Shown: positions 1-8,582, counted from the stretch's first letter. The stretch: 32,000 nt of DNA from Akkermansia muciniphila ATCC BAA-835 (GCF_000020225.1 NC_010655.1:180001-212000), one strand, 5' to 3'. The notes: generated by a model not told the origin, from the sequence alone. A program made the numbers and translations.

Positions 1-1
1 C

Positions 2-544
2 ATGACCGTGGCGGATATCCCCGGCACCCGCTGGACGGGCAACTGGTCCTACACATCCAACGCAACAACCAAACCCGTCGAAACCTCCGTCAAATTCCTG
101 ATCAATAACATTGTCAAGGACGGCAACCTGCTTTACAACATCGGTCCCACTCCACTGGGAACATTTGATCCGAAACAGGCTGAAACTTTTCTGTCCATGG
201 GAAAATGGATTGCTCTCTACAAGGAGGCCATTTACAACACTCGCGGAGGCCCCTACAGGGACCAGCCATGGGGCGGCAGTTGCTACAGAGCGGATCACAA
301 CGGCAAAAAAACCGTTTACCTGCACGTCAGCCCGCTGATTGCCCGACAGGGAAAAGAGCTGAAGGGAAATACCCCCCTGTTCATCAAAGATATCGGGGAA
401 AAATTCACGAGAGCGACCCTCATTGTGAACGGTACCGGAAACGGAAAATTCGTCAGGCTTGAAAAGGAAGGAGACCAGTACAAAATCACTTTGCCCGAGG
501 GTGTCACCTGGGACAGGCTGGATACCGTCATCAAACTTCAATAA
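2..544 (+). CDS. alpha-L-fucosidase (GH29-like), C-terminal fragment; the 5' part lies outside the window
   Basis: The frame is open from the window edge to TAA at 542-544. The block IVKDGNLLYNIGPTPLGTFDPKQAETFLSMGKWIALYKEAIYNTRG resembles the conserved GH29 block (GGNLLLNvGP..dG.i....L..iG.WL..nGEaIY), and a beta-rich C-terminal tail follows. Confidence 0.65.
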   Translation: MTVADIPGTRWTGNWSYTSNATTKPVETSVKFLINNIVKDGNLLYNIGPTPLGTFDPKQAETFLSMGKWIALYKEAIYNTRGGPYRDQPWGGSCYRADHNGKKTVYLHVSPLIARQGKELKGNTPLFIKDIGEKFTRATLIVNGTGNGKFVRLEKEGDQYKITLPEGVTWDRLDTVIKLQ

Positions 545-813
545 CCCGTTCTTCCAAGAAAACAGCATGCCTTTCCCGCACTCTCTCCTAGACCGGATTT
601 TTATTACCGGAGAATAGTGTTGCCGCCACACGGTACTCTTGCCTATCCCATATACCCGGCCTGACGGAACCGGCATCAAATCCTGCCTTTCGCCACTCCC
701 GCAGCAGAAGCGCCGAAAACACGCGCCGCAGAAGAACAGTGCCCCTCATAAGCCACAGTGCCTCCTTTTCATCATCCCTTTTGAGTAACCGGAGAAACAG
801 GGGGAAAGCAAAA

Positions 814-842
814 CCCCGCAACGGCAGAAAACCGTTGCGGGG
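814..842. terminator. bidirectional rho-independent terminator candidate between convergent genes
   Basis: A perfect 11-bp stem CCCCGCAACGG (814-824) / CCGTTGCGGGG (832-842) encloses a 7-nt loop. T-rich runs follow on both strands: CTGTTTTCCC on +, TTTTGCTTTCC on -. Confidence 0.65.
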
Positions 843-881
843 CTGTTTTCCCAAAGCAAGGGAAAAGAAAAGCGGCTTTAA

Positions 882-1847
882 TTATTTGCCCTGCGCCTTT
901 TTGGCAGCGTCAATCTGGGCCTTGATCTTATCCTTGTTGGCAAGAATGCCGGCCTTGATGCGGGGGGCCTGCATTCCGGCTTCCGTTCCCGGCTTCAACT
1001 CGGCCACCTTATCCAGAATCAGAACGGCGCCGTCCACGTCACCGGTGGAATTCAGGTAGGTCCCGAACTCCATCATCAGCAACTCCTGCTGTGTTTCCGG
1101 CAGAAGCTTGTCGCGGTCGGGATATGCCTTAACCACCTGAAGGGCTTCCGCAGGCGTAGTCTTGTCCGTCAGCTTGCCGGCAAGATAATTTCGAACATCT
1201 TTCCGTTCCTTTTTAAGCTGGTCGGAGAGGGCGTCTGCAGCTTTCAGGCCGGACTTGTCATCCTTGTCCAGCTTCTTGATTTCCGCTTTCACGTCACCAT
1301 AAAAATTGTCCACATATTCCTGAGGAGCCAGCTTGAGCACTTCCATCAGAGCGGCAACTTTCGCTTCATCCGTAGCAGCCTTGGCAACATTCGCTTCCGC
1401 GGCATTAAGAGCTTCCTTGTTCTTCAGGGCATCCTGCATGGCTTTCATGACATCATCCCCGGAGCGCCCTCCAACAAATCCCCCAAAAGGCTTGCCGGAA
1501 GCGTCCGCAAACACAACGGTCGGGAATCCCCGCACGCCGTACTGCTGGGCAAGCTTTTCATTGGCGGCTTTCATTTCCTTGGACTGTTCCTTGCCGCGCG
1601 GATAATCCAGCTCCACCAGCACGAAATTTTTCTGCGCTTCCTTCTGGAAGTCAGGCTTGCTGAATACGTTGGCGCGGAGCTGCATGCAAGGAGGACACCA
1701 GTCGGAACCGGTGAACTCAATCATTAAATCCTTTTTCTGTTCGGCGGCCTGTTTTTTGGCGGCATCCATATCGGTAATCCACCCTTCCGCGGCAAAGCAG
1801 GGAGCGACGCAGGCGGCAACAACAATTGGCAGAATTTGTTTAATCAT
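882..1847 (-). CDS. exported thioredoxin-fold protein (Thioredoxin_7/DsbD-gamma-like N-domain with CPPC) with a long Lys/Ala/Glu-rich helical C-terminal region
   Basis: ATG start at 1847. The N-terminal signal peptide is MIKQILPIVVAACVAPCFAAEG. The WCPPC redox motif sits in EFTGSDWCPPCMQL, followed by VRGFPTVVF (cis-Pro region). About 190 aa of predicted helical tail follow. Confidence 0.85.
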   Translation of the reverse strand: MIKQILPIVVAACVAPCFAAEGWITDMDAAKKQAAEQKKDLMIEFTGSDWCPPCMQLRANVFSKPDFQKEAQKNFVLVELDYPRGKEQSKEMKAANEKLAQQYGVRGFPTVVFADASGKPFGGFVGGRSGDDVMKAMQDALKNKEALNAAEANVAKAATDEAKVAALMEVLKLAPQEYVDNFYGDVKAEIKKLDKDDKSGLKAADALSDQLKKERKDVRNYLAGKLTDKTTPAEALQVVKAYPDRDKLLPETQQELLMMEFGTYLNSTGDVDGAVLILDKVAELKPGTEAGMQAPRIKAGILANKDKIKAQIDAAKKAQGK

Positions 1848-1848
1848 A

Positions 1849-1869
1849 TCTACAATTCAATATTGTAGA
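1849..1869. promoter_or_regulatory. perfect 8-bp inverted repeat (TCTACAAT-n5-ATTGTAGA) abutting the start codon of the thioredoxin-like gene
   Basis: Read directly: TCTACAAT at 1849-1856 and ATTGTAGA at 1862-1869, 1 nt upstream (minus strand) of the ATG at 1847-1845. It lies in the divergent promoter region shared with the polyamine gene. Confidence 0.3.
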
Positions 1870-2058
1870 ATCGGACAGCCCGCGTCAATCCCCTGTTCAA
1901 TCATTTTTAGAAAATCTCCAAAAGGGTGCGTCTTCCGCAGGGAAGTCCGCATCCGGCCGATGCCGGAAAAACTGATGCCCCATGGGAAGACGGTGTCATT
2001 ATTGAAGCAAATCGGGAGTTGCCTTTCAGCCTGTTTTCACTTATGTACAGAACCTATC

Positions 2059-3288
2059 ATGAACACGGTTTTAATCATTGGAGCAGGCGGCGTTGGGCAT
2101 GTGGTAGCCAACAAATGCGCCCAGCTGCCGGATATTTTTCAAAACATTCATCTGGCCTCCCGCACGAAGAGCAAATGCGATGCCGTTGCGGAGGACGTAC
2201 GCTCCAGAACGGGCGTCAGCATCACTACCCATTCCGTAGATGCGGACGACGTGCCCGCCACCGTAGCCCTCATCCGGGAAATCAAGCCGCAGCTGCTGAT
2301 CAACGTAGCCCTGCCCTACCAGGATCTCACCCTGATGGAAGCCTGCCTGGAAACCGGAGTCAACTACCTGGATACCGCCAACTATGAACCCCGTGACGTA
2401 GCCAAATTCGAATACTCCTGGCAATGGGCGTACCAGGAGCAATTCCGCAAAGCCGGGCTTTTTGCCCTGCTGGGTTCCGGCTTTGACCCAGGCGTCACCA
2501 ATGTATTCACGGCATGGGCTCTCAAGCATCACTTTGACGAAATCCATACGCTGGACATCATTGACGTCAATGGCGGCAATCATGGCAAGGCCTTCGCCAC
2601 CAACTTCAACCCGGAAATCAACATCCGGGAAGTAACGGCGCCCTGCCGCCACTGGGAAGACGGAGCCTTCCGGGAAACCGCTCCCATGAGCATGCACCAA
2701 AGTTTCACCTGCCCGCAGGAAGTGGGCACCTATGAAATCTACCGCATGTACCATGAAGAAATGGAAAGCCTGGTCAAGCACATCCCCACCATCCGCCAGG
2801 CTCAATTCTGGATGTCCTTCTCACCGAACTACCTCAAGCACCTGGAAGTGCTTCAGAACGTGGGTATGACCCGCATTGACCCGGTCATGTACAACGGAGT
2901 TGAAATCATCCCGCTGCAATTCCTCAAGGCCGTTCTGCCGGACCCCGGGGACCTGGGCAAGACGACCAGGGGAAAAACCTGCATCGGCAACGTCATCACC
3001 GGAATCAAGGACGGCCAATTCAAGGCTGTGTACATTTACAACATTTGCGACCATGAACAATGCTTTAAAGAAGTAGGTTCCCAGGCCATTTCCTATACCA
3101 CAGGGGTTCCGGCCATGATCGGCGCGGAAATGATCCTTACGGGCAAATGGACTGGCGCAGGAGTCTTCAATATGGAACAAAATGATCCGGATCCCTTCAT
3201 GGACGAGCTCAACAGGCGCGGCCTACCCTGGCACTGCGTGGAACTCACGGAAGAACAGGCCAAAACCCTGAAGGTCAACCAGCAATAA
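2059..3288 (+). CDS. carboxynorspermidine/carboxyspermidine dehydrogenase (saccharopine dehydrogenase family)
   Basis: I place the start at ATG 2059 (MNTVLIIGAGGVGHVV, Rossmann GxGxxG); the track ORF extends upstream without homology. Blocks LASRTKSKCD, GFDPGVTNVF, DVNGGNHGKAFATNFNPEINIRE, QAISYTTGVPA and GVFNMEQNDPDPF match the Vibrio-type CANSDH sequence as I remember it. Confidence 0.85.
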   Translation: MNTVLIIGAGGVGHVVANKCAQLPDIFQNIHLASRTKSKCDAVAEDVRSRTGVSITTHSVDADDVPATVALIREIKPQLLINVALPYQDLTLMEACLETGVNYLDTANYEPRDVAKFEYSWQWAYQEQFRKAGLFALLGSGFDPGVTNVFTAWALKHHFDEIHTLDIIDVNGGNHGKAFATNFNPEINIREVTAPCRHWEDGAFRETAPMSMHQSFTCPQEVGTYEIYRMYHEEMESLVKHIPTIRQAQFWMSFSPNYLKHLEVLQNVGMTRIDPVMYNGVEIIPLQFLKAVLPDPGDLGKTTRGKTCIGNVITGIKDGQFKAVYIYNICDHEQCFKEVGSQAISYTTGVPAMIGAEMILTGKWTGAGVFNMEQNDPDPFMDELNRRGLPWHCVELTEEQAKTLKVNQQ

Positions 3289-3315
3289 ATTTCAGCAAGC
3301 GCTGTCGGCATCATC

Positions 3316-3350
3316 AAAGCCGGACATTGGAAATTCAATGTCCGGCTTTT
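3316..3350 (+). terminator. rho-independent terminator after the polyamine gene
   Basis: A perfect 13-bp stem AAAGCCGGACATT (3316-3328) / AATGTCCGGCTTT (3337-3349) encloses an 8-nt loop and runs into TTTT. Confidence 0.7.
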
Positions 3351-3494
3351 CCGTTTCCAGCGGGGAACAGAATTCCCCAGGACAGCACGTCAACGCCTGC
3401 CTCCGGGAAAAAGAAAAAGCCCCGGGCGGCGTCTTTCCGCCTCAGTCATAATTTTCTGGCGGGAAGAGCAGACAGGTTGTAAAAACTCAGTGCC

Positions 3495-4478
3495 ATGAAA
3501 TATCTTGCGTTATTTCTCATGTTCCTGCTTCAGCCGGTACTGGCGGAAGATACAGCCCCATGGAAAATAGCGATCATCGGCGATACGCACGACTCCCCCA
3601 AGCGTATGGAAGGAAGCGAGGGAGTAGCAGTCAACTTCATCAAAACCCTCTATGGGGAAATCCTGAAACACAACGTGGACATGGTCGTCCAGGTAGGGGA
3701 CATGGCGGATATTGAAGGAAGCGCCCCCGTCAAGGGACTCGCCAAACGCAAGGAACTCAACAAAATTCTGAGAGAAAAAGGCATCCCCTTTTATGCCGTG
3801 CGCGGCAATCATGAATCCCTTCCTTTCCGGGCGGAACAATTCCGGGAACTCTTCCTGCCTACGCGGAAGCAGGGCACCAAAGGGCTGGCTACCAGAAAGT
3901 TGAACTACGGCATCCGCCATAAAAACGCTTCCCTGTATTTCATGGATATTGACCTCACCCCTGACCAGCTCGTGGACTTCAGTGCGTGGGTCAAACGCAA
4001 CAGAAGCAAGGCCAACACCGTTCCGAGGCACTGCCTGGTCTTCACCCACCGCACCCTGCAGACGCCCATGCAATTCCGGGAATGCCTGTGGGGCCGTTAC
4101 AACGACAGCGCGGCGGAACAGCAAAACATCTTTTACCGCAACCTCCGGGATGCCGGAGTGCGCTTCGTCGTCACCGGACACCTGCACGCCCATGACCTGT
4201 ATATGATTACCTCCCCGGACGGACAAAACACCCTTACCTCCCTGATCTGCGCCCCTGCGGGGAACAAGGTTCTTCCCATCCCTTTTCTGCTGCCTGCAAA
4301 ATCCCGGGTAAAAACCCTGCAATACCGCTCCGGCATTACGGCCTACTATATCCTGACCATTTACCCGGATTCCATGACCCTGGATACCTACGCCGCCCCC
4401 AATAACGGCACTACTGACGAAGGCCCCCAAAGCGGAGAGTTCAACAAATTGAACTCCTATACAATTCCGATGGATTAG
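3495..4478 (+). CDS. secreted calcineurin-like metallophosphoesterase
   Basis: Signal peptide MKYLALFLMFLLQPVLA. The metallophosphoesterase motif series is present: IIGDTHD, VGDMAD, RGNHES, FTHR, TGHLHAHD. Confidence 0.8.
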   Translation: MKYLALFLMFLLQPVLAEDTAPWKIAIIGDTHDSPKRMEGSEGVAVNFIKTLYGEILKHNVDMVVQVGDMADIEGSAPVKGLAKRKELNKILREKGIPFYAVRGNHESLPFRAEQFRELFLPTRKQGTKGLATRKLNYGIRHKNASLYFMDIDLTPDQLVDFSAWVKRNRSKANTVPRHCLVFTHRTLQTPMQFRECLWGRYNDSAAEQQNIFYRNLRDAGVRFVVTGHLHAHDLYMITSPDGQNTLTSLICAPAGNKVLPIPFLLPAKSRVKTLQYRSGITAYYILTIYPDSMTLDTYAAPNNGTTDEGPQSGEFNKLNSYTIPMD

Positions 4479-4605
4479 AACATACTGCGGCCCCCGTTTC
4501 TTCCATAACGCAGCATCCCGGAATCTGCCTGCTCCCGTCCGCTATACACCCCTGGCGTCCCTGGCGGAACAATGGAATTTTCCGGGAAGTTCCCAATCCC
4601 CCATG

Positions 4606-5661
4606 TTATTTCATATGCCCGGAGCCACGGGACTTTATCTTTCTATCGTGCTGGCGCTCCCGGTCGCCCTTATATAAAAACTCCGTTCTTCCATCTCGGC
4701 CTACAGTACGGTCAATCAGGTCTCCGATTTCCTGGTCAGCGTATCCGGCCTTCTTAAGATACTTAACCACTTCACCAGCCTGCCCCGGATAAAAACGGAC
4801 CAGCATCCCCACAAACGCAGGTTCCAATCTCTTTTCCAAATGATACTTACAGTTGTTATTTCTGTCTTCATTAGACAGCAGCTTATTGTTGTAATAAATT
4901 GATCGGGGATCAGCCCCGCGAAATAAACTCAGTTTTCGTTCCTGAACCAGTCTCAAGGTTCTTTCGGCACTCATTTTATCGTATTCCTCCTTCATCCTGG
5001 CCTGTTTCTGCTTTAATTCCGGATCATACTGAGTCCTGAATGTTTTCAATACGGCCGCTCCATATTCTGCCCAGATTCTGCACAGCTCCTTTCTCTTTAC
5101 GCCGCATCGGGAAACGATTCCGGATATATCCCAGGATAAACTGCTCATCCACCTCACAACTCCGGTCTTCAATTCATAATCCATGTTTCCATAGAGGCCG
5201 TCTTTGGGGGTATTTTCATCATAATCCCATGAAAATGCATCCGCCGAAACTACAACATAAAAAATCCATGACAACACCCTGACGTCTTCTGCGTTCACAT
5301 CTCCAGCTCCCTTGGAACTAAAGGCGCCAAGTTTCTTCCGCGCCTCCCGGTAACAATCCGGCAGCTCTTTTTCATGCAACAGGGAAAGAAACTCCTTCTT
5401 TTCCTGAGGAGACGTTTTGAATGCGGAGATGCTGTCGGGCAACGGAAGCCGGAGCTGGGCAGGCTTTCCTTCAGCAGTATTTCCCAAATATATATCAGCG
5501 GAACATTCCTCTGTTTCCGTTTCAATCCTCAACGTGCCTAAATCCTCTTCCTCCACGTCCGCAAAGGAAAAACCGCACAGGGAAACAGCGCAACTTATTA
5601 AAAGGATTCTTATATTTTTAACAACAACCGCCATCAGACGCAGATGATATCTTATTGCCAT
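4606..5661 (-). CDS. hypothetical secreted protein with no recognisable family, in an AT-shifted stretch
   Basis: A 351-codon ORF in DNA that is clearly more AT-rich than its flanks, so it is unlikely to be open by chance. The alternative start at Met-10 (ATG 5634) gives the signal-like N-terminus MAVVVKNIRILLISCAVSLCGFSFA. I recognise no motifs. Confidence 0.7.
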   Translation of the reverse strand: MAIRYHLRLMAVVVKNIRILLISCAVSLCGFSFADVEEEDLGTLRIETETEECSADIYLGNTAEGKPAQLRLPLPDSISAFKTSPQEKKEFLSLLHEKELPDCYREARKKLGAFSSKGAGDVNAEDVRVLSWIFYVVVSADAFSWDYDENTPKDGLYGNMDYELKTGVVRWMSSLSWDISGIVSRCGVKRKELCRIWAEYGAAVLKTFRTQYDPELKQKQARMKEEYDKMSAERTLRLVQERKLSLFRGADPRSIYYNNKLLSNEDRNNNCKYHLEKRLEPAFVGMLVRFYPGQAGEVVKYLKKAGYADQEIGDLIDRTVGRDGRTEFLYKGDRERQHDRKIKSRGSGHMK

Positions 5662-5711
5662 TTCCCATTATTCCATAGCAAAAAATTCTAACATTCCGCA
5701 GCTTTTTCCTG

Positions 5712-7100
5712 CTAAAAGATTCTGATGCTCTTCACGCCATAATACATCGCCGCGCCTCTGTTGACGTAGTCTTCCGGGTTTTGCGACAGGTCTACCCAGA
5801 AAATGAAAGAACACCAGGGGGAGGGAGGAGAGAGGGGAGGAACAACGATTTCCTGAATACCGGCCTTTTTCTGCTCCAGAACCAGGCGGACGCGCTTTTC
5901 ATGCTGCCGGAACAGAAGCAGATGATCATGAAGGGTTGAAAAAACGCATATTCCGGACAACACCAGAAAAACGGCCACAGTTATCTGCGGACGGGGCATG
6001 GCACTAGGGATGCCGTACCACATACGAAGAAGAACCAGCACGCCGACGCCGAACAGCAGGGTGGCGGAGAACATGGCATGGTCCGCCGGAATGACGGCGG
6101 CGGCGAAAGAAAGAGCCATGGCATAAGACGCCAGAATATATGCCGCCGCTATTCCAAGGGAAATTTTCCATGCCCGGAAATAGTTCCGGTCCTTGCGAAA
6201 ACTTTTCCAGAGAACCCAGGCAGCCGCCATGCCCAGCAACACCGGAAGAGCCAGGTATTCATGCATCCGGAACAGGAGCAAAGGGAGAGCTTCCCATCTG
6301 CTCCAAAAACCGGAAAGGGGTTCCGCGCAGCCGGGAGTGGCGGAATGCATCCGCGCGGAAATGCCGGGCGCAAGCAGCATGCACAGGGAACCTGCCACCT
6401 GGAACACAAGGCCCGCATAAAACCACAAAGGAAGTTTTTCCTTCCGCACCAGGCGGACAAAAACAAACAAGGCTCCCAGCAAAAGCCAGGTTCCCGGAAT
6501 ATTGTTTTCATTGGTCATGCCTGCCGGAAATCCCAGAACAGCCGCAGCGGCAAACTTTCCCCAGCCACTGTTTCTTCCGGAATCTCCCTTTCTCCCGGAT
6601 TCCGCGTCGTCCAGAAAACCGCGGTACAGACACAGAAAGCCCAGCCAGACGGCGGCGCCCCAGGAATAGTTGGTGGCGCCGGAGAGCCAGTAAATCGTGA
6701 CGCCGGGCCGGGCCGTGCACGTGAACAGCAGGAGAAGCCCCAATCCGAACAGACGCACGTCCGGCCAGGAACGGGGATCCACCCTGCGCCCGGAAGCCAG
6801 ATAAAACATCATCAGCGCAAGACCGACCTGTACAAAGGGGTTGAGCAGCATGAAGAGCCATTTTCCCGCCGTCGCTACGGCAAAGGCCAGGTATTCCCCG
6901 ATTCTGGGATTCCAGGTCATGTAGGAGGCTACGCAGCGCTCCCAGACCAGGCTGAAAGAGAAGCAGTGCTCCATGCCCGTCAGGGCATGATGGTACGTGT
7001 CGGAAGTGAGAGGACTCCACCAGCTGAGCAGCGCCGTATACAATAAGGCGGCTGCGGTCAGCGCCCAAAACCACACCCTGGACGTGCGGGGGGACATCAT
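5712..7100 (-). CDS. polytopic (about 12 TM) membrane protein, GT-C / DUF6056-like (putative glycosyltransferase or polymer-handling protein)
   Basis: About 12 hydrophobic segments are followed by a roughly 70-aa soluble tail ending NRGAAMYYGVKSIRIF, which resembles the DUF6056 C-terminus as I recall it. The start ATG (7100-7098) shares one nucleotide with the ftsZ TGA (7102-7100); the minus strand reads TGATGATG. Confidence 0.75.
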   Translation of the reverse strand: MMSPRTSRVWFWALTAAALLYTALLSWWSPLTSDTYHHALTGMEHCFSFSLVWERCVASYMTWNPRIGEYLAFAVATAGKWLFMLLNPFVQVGLALMMFYLASGRRVDPRSWPDVRLFGLGLLLLFTCTARPGVTIYWLSGATNYSWGAAVWLGFLCLYRGFLDDAESGRKGDSGRNSGWGKFAAAAVLGFPAGMTNENNIPGTWLLLGALFVFVRLVRKEKLPLWFYAGLVFQVAGSLCMLLAPGISARMHSATPGCAEPLSGFWSRWEALPLLLFRMHEYLALPVLLGMAAAWVLWKSFRKDRNYFRAWKISLGIAAAYILASYAMALSFAAAVIPADHAMFSATLLFGVGVLVLLRMWYGIPSAMPRPQITVAVFLVLSGICVFSTLHDHLLLFRQHEKRVRLVLEQKKAGIQEIVVPPLSPPSPWCSFIFWVDLSQNPEDYVNRGAAMYYGVKSIRIF

Positions 7101-8557
7101 CAGCTCGGATCCGGTTTCCTTTTCCGCAGTGCGGGAGGCAGATCCAGGTCTTCCCCATCCAGAATGAGGGGGCGCACACGGGCAAAAAGGCCGTGGCCCG
7201 CACGCTCTTCCTCTCCTTCCTCCGGAGGCAAGCCTTCCTCCAGCTCCTTGATGTCAGGCATCGGGACTGACTCCAATTCCGGCTCCGCCTCCGTTTCGGA
7301 AATTTGCGCAACAGACGCGGACTCCCGGAGCGTCTCCTCTTCATCCGAAATCCCGGGAACGGACTTTACGGGCACCAGTTCCTCTTCCAATTCACGTTCA
7401 TCCCTCCTGGGGACGGGAACAGGGGCGGAAAGATCCGGCTCCGGATGCCGTTCCGGTTCGTCAACCGGGGCAGGAGGTGCAGGCTGAATAATGGTTTTCC
7501 CCTCTCCGAGAAAAGATTTTTCCTCCGGTACAAGCACTGTCTGCGATGCCACTTCCCGCTGAAGCACAACAGACGGGGAATCAAATGTCTCTACCACAGG
7601 CACGGCGCCCAGCACGGTCAGGGACAGGCGGTCTTCCGTCTGCTGCTCCACGGAAGCGCCGATGTGGAGGCGCACCCCCTTCCCCAGGATTTCCGCCACC
7701 CCGTCCACCAGGGCTTCCAGGCGCTGCAGTGTCAGGGATGCTCCGCCGCGCACCAGAACCAGGACATCATCCACTTCCCCCAAACGTTTTTCCAGAAAGA
7801 GCGGGGAATGCCGGACCTGATCCAATATGTCCGCCACGGAAGCATCCGCAGACGCTTCACCCACGCCAAAGGAGCAAATTCCTTTTCCCGTTCCGGCTAC
7901 GCTGAGCAGGTCGTCCAATCCCACCCGGAGCAGGTTTCCGGAAGAATTCAACAGAGACGGCACAATAAGCACGGCACGGGCTATAAGGGCGTTAACTACG
8001 GAAAAGGCTTCCAGCACTCCCCTGTCGGGGTCTATGAGACCTTCCATGGCGTCATTGTCAAACCGCAGCACCATGTCGGAATACAGGGCAAGGCGGGACA
8101 GCGCTTCATCCGCCTGGACAGCGCGCCGTTCCCCTTCAAACCTGAAGGGACGGATGACAACGCTGACGACATAAGCCCCCTGTTCCTTGGCCAGACGGGC
8201 CGCTTCCGGAGCCACGCCGGACCCTGTTCCCCCGCCCAGCCCGGCGACAAGAACAGCCAGGGCGCTGCCTTCCAGAGCACGGAGAATGGAAGACTCGCTT
8301 TCACAGGCCGCCTGGGCTCCTACGGAGGCGTCTCCGCCGGAGCCGAGCCCTCTGGTAAGCCTGGCGCCCAGATGGACCTTGCACGGAACGGCTGAAGCGT
8401 TCAAGAGCCGGGCATCAAGATTCATGGCACAAACGGAAGCTGGCTGAGGGGACAGCAACAACACTTCTTCCATTACCTTGGTGCCTGCGGCCCCTATGCC
8501 GCACAGGCAGATTTTTCCGGGCAGGACGGACGGCCCCTGGGGAGAAATTTCCAGCAT
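7100..8557 (-). CDS. ftsZ: cell division GTPase FtsZ (divergent)
   Basis: I place the start at ATG 8557 (MLEISPQ...); the track ORF runs on into ftsA. The tubulin signature is present in VAGLGGGTGSGVAPEAARLAKE, followed by IRPFRFEGERR. A roughly 130-aa acidic/Pro-rich linker leads to a C-terminal peptide DLDLPPALRKRK, like the FtsA-binding tail. The gene lies immediately downstream of ftsA. Confidence 0.9.
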   Translation of the reverse strand: MLEISPQGPSVLPGKICLCGIGAAGTKVMEEVLLLSPQPASVCAMNLDARLLNASAVPCKVHLGARLTRGLGSGGDASVGAQAACESESSILRALEGSALAVLVAGLGGGTGSGVAPEAARLAKEQGAYVVSVVIRPFRFEGERRAVQADEALSRLALYSDMVLRFDNDAMEGLIDPDRGVLEAFSVVNALIARAVLIVPSLLNSSGNLLRVGLDDLLSVAGTGKGICSFGVGEASADASVADILDQVRHSPLFLEKRLGEVDDVLVLVRGGASLTLQRLEALVDGVAEILGKGVRLHIGASVEQQTEDRLSLTVLGAVPVVETFDSPSVVLQREVASQTVLVPEEKSFLGEGKTIIQPAPPAPVDEPERHPEPDLSAPVPVPRRDERELEEELVPVKSVPGISDEEETLRESASVAQISETEAEPELESVPMPDIKELEEGLPPEEGEEERAGHGLFARVRPLILDGEDLDLPPALRKRKPDPS

Positions 8558-8582
8558 GGTTGTTAATTTGGATAAAGGTTGA

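Noticed and set aside
588-1059. ORFs 588-854 (-) and 739-1059 (+) in and around the 337-bp gap between the fucosidase fragment and the thioredoxin gene.
   Set aside because: They are Arg/Leu/Ser-rich with no motifs. One runs through the bidirectional terminator hairpin and the other overlaps the confident thioredoxin gene antisense. I treat the gap as non-coding. I also looked for a known ncRNA there and recognised none.
1929-1992. A possible structured leader or riboswitch upstream of the polyamine gene. CGTCTTCC (1929-1936) can pair with GGAAGACG (1985-1992), or alternatively CTTCC with a nearby GGAAG (1941-1945). The pairing encloses a TCCGGC/GCCGGA hairpin (1952-1967).
   Set aside because: An 8-bp complementarity within a roughly 190-nt region is expected fairly often by chance (of order 0.3 by a rough count). 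I see no terminator or RBS-sequestering logic and no resemblance to a riboswitch class I know. It would need covariation evidence.
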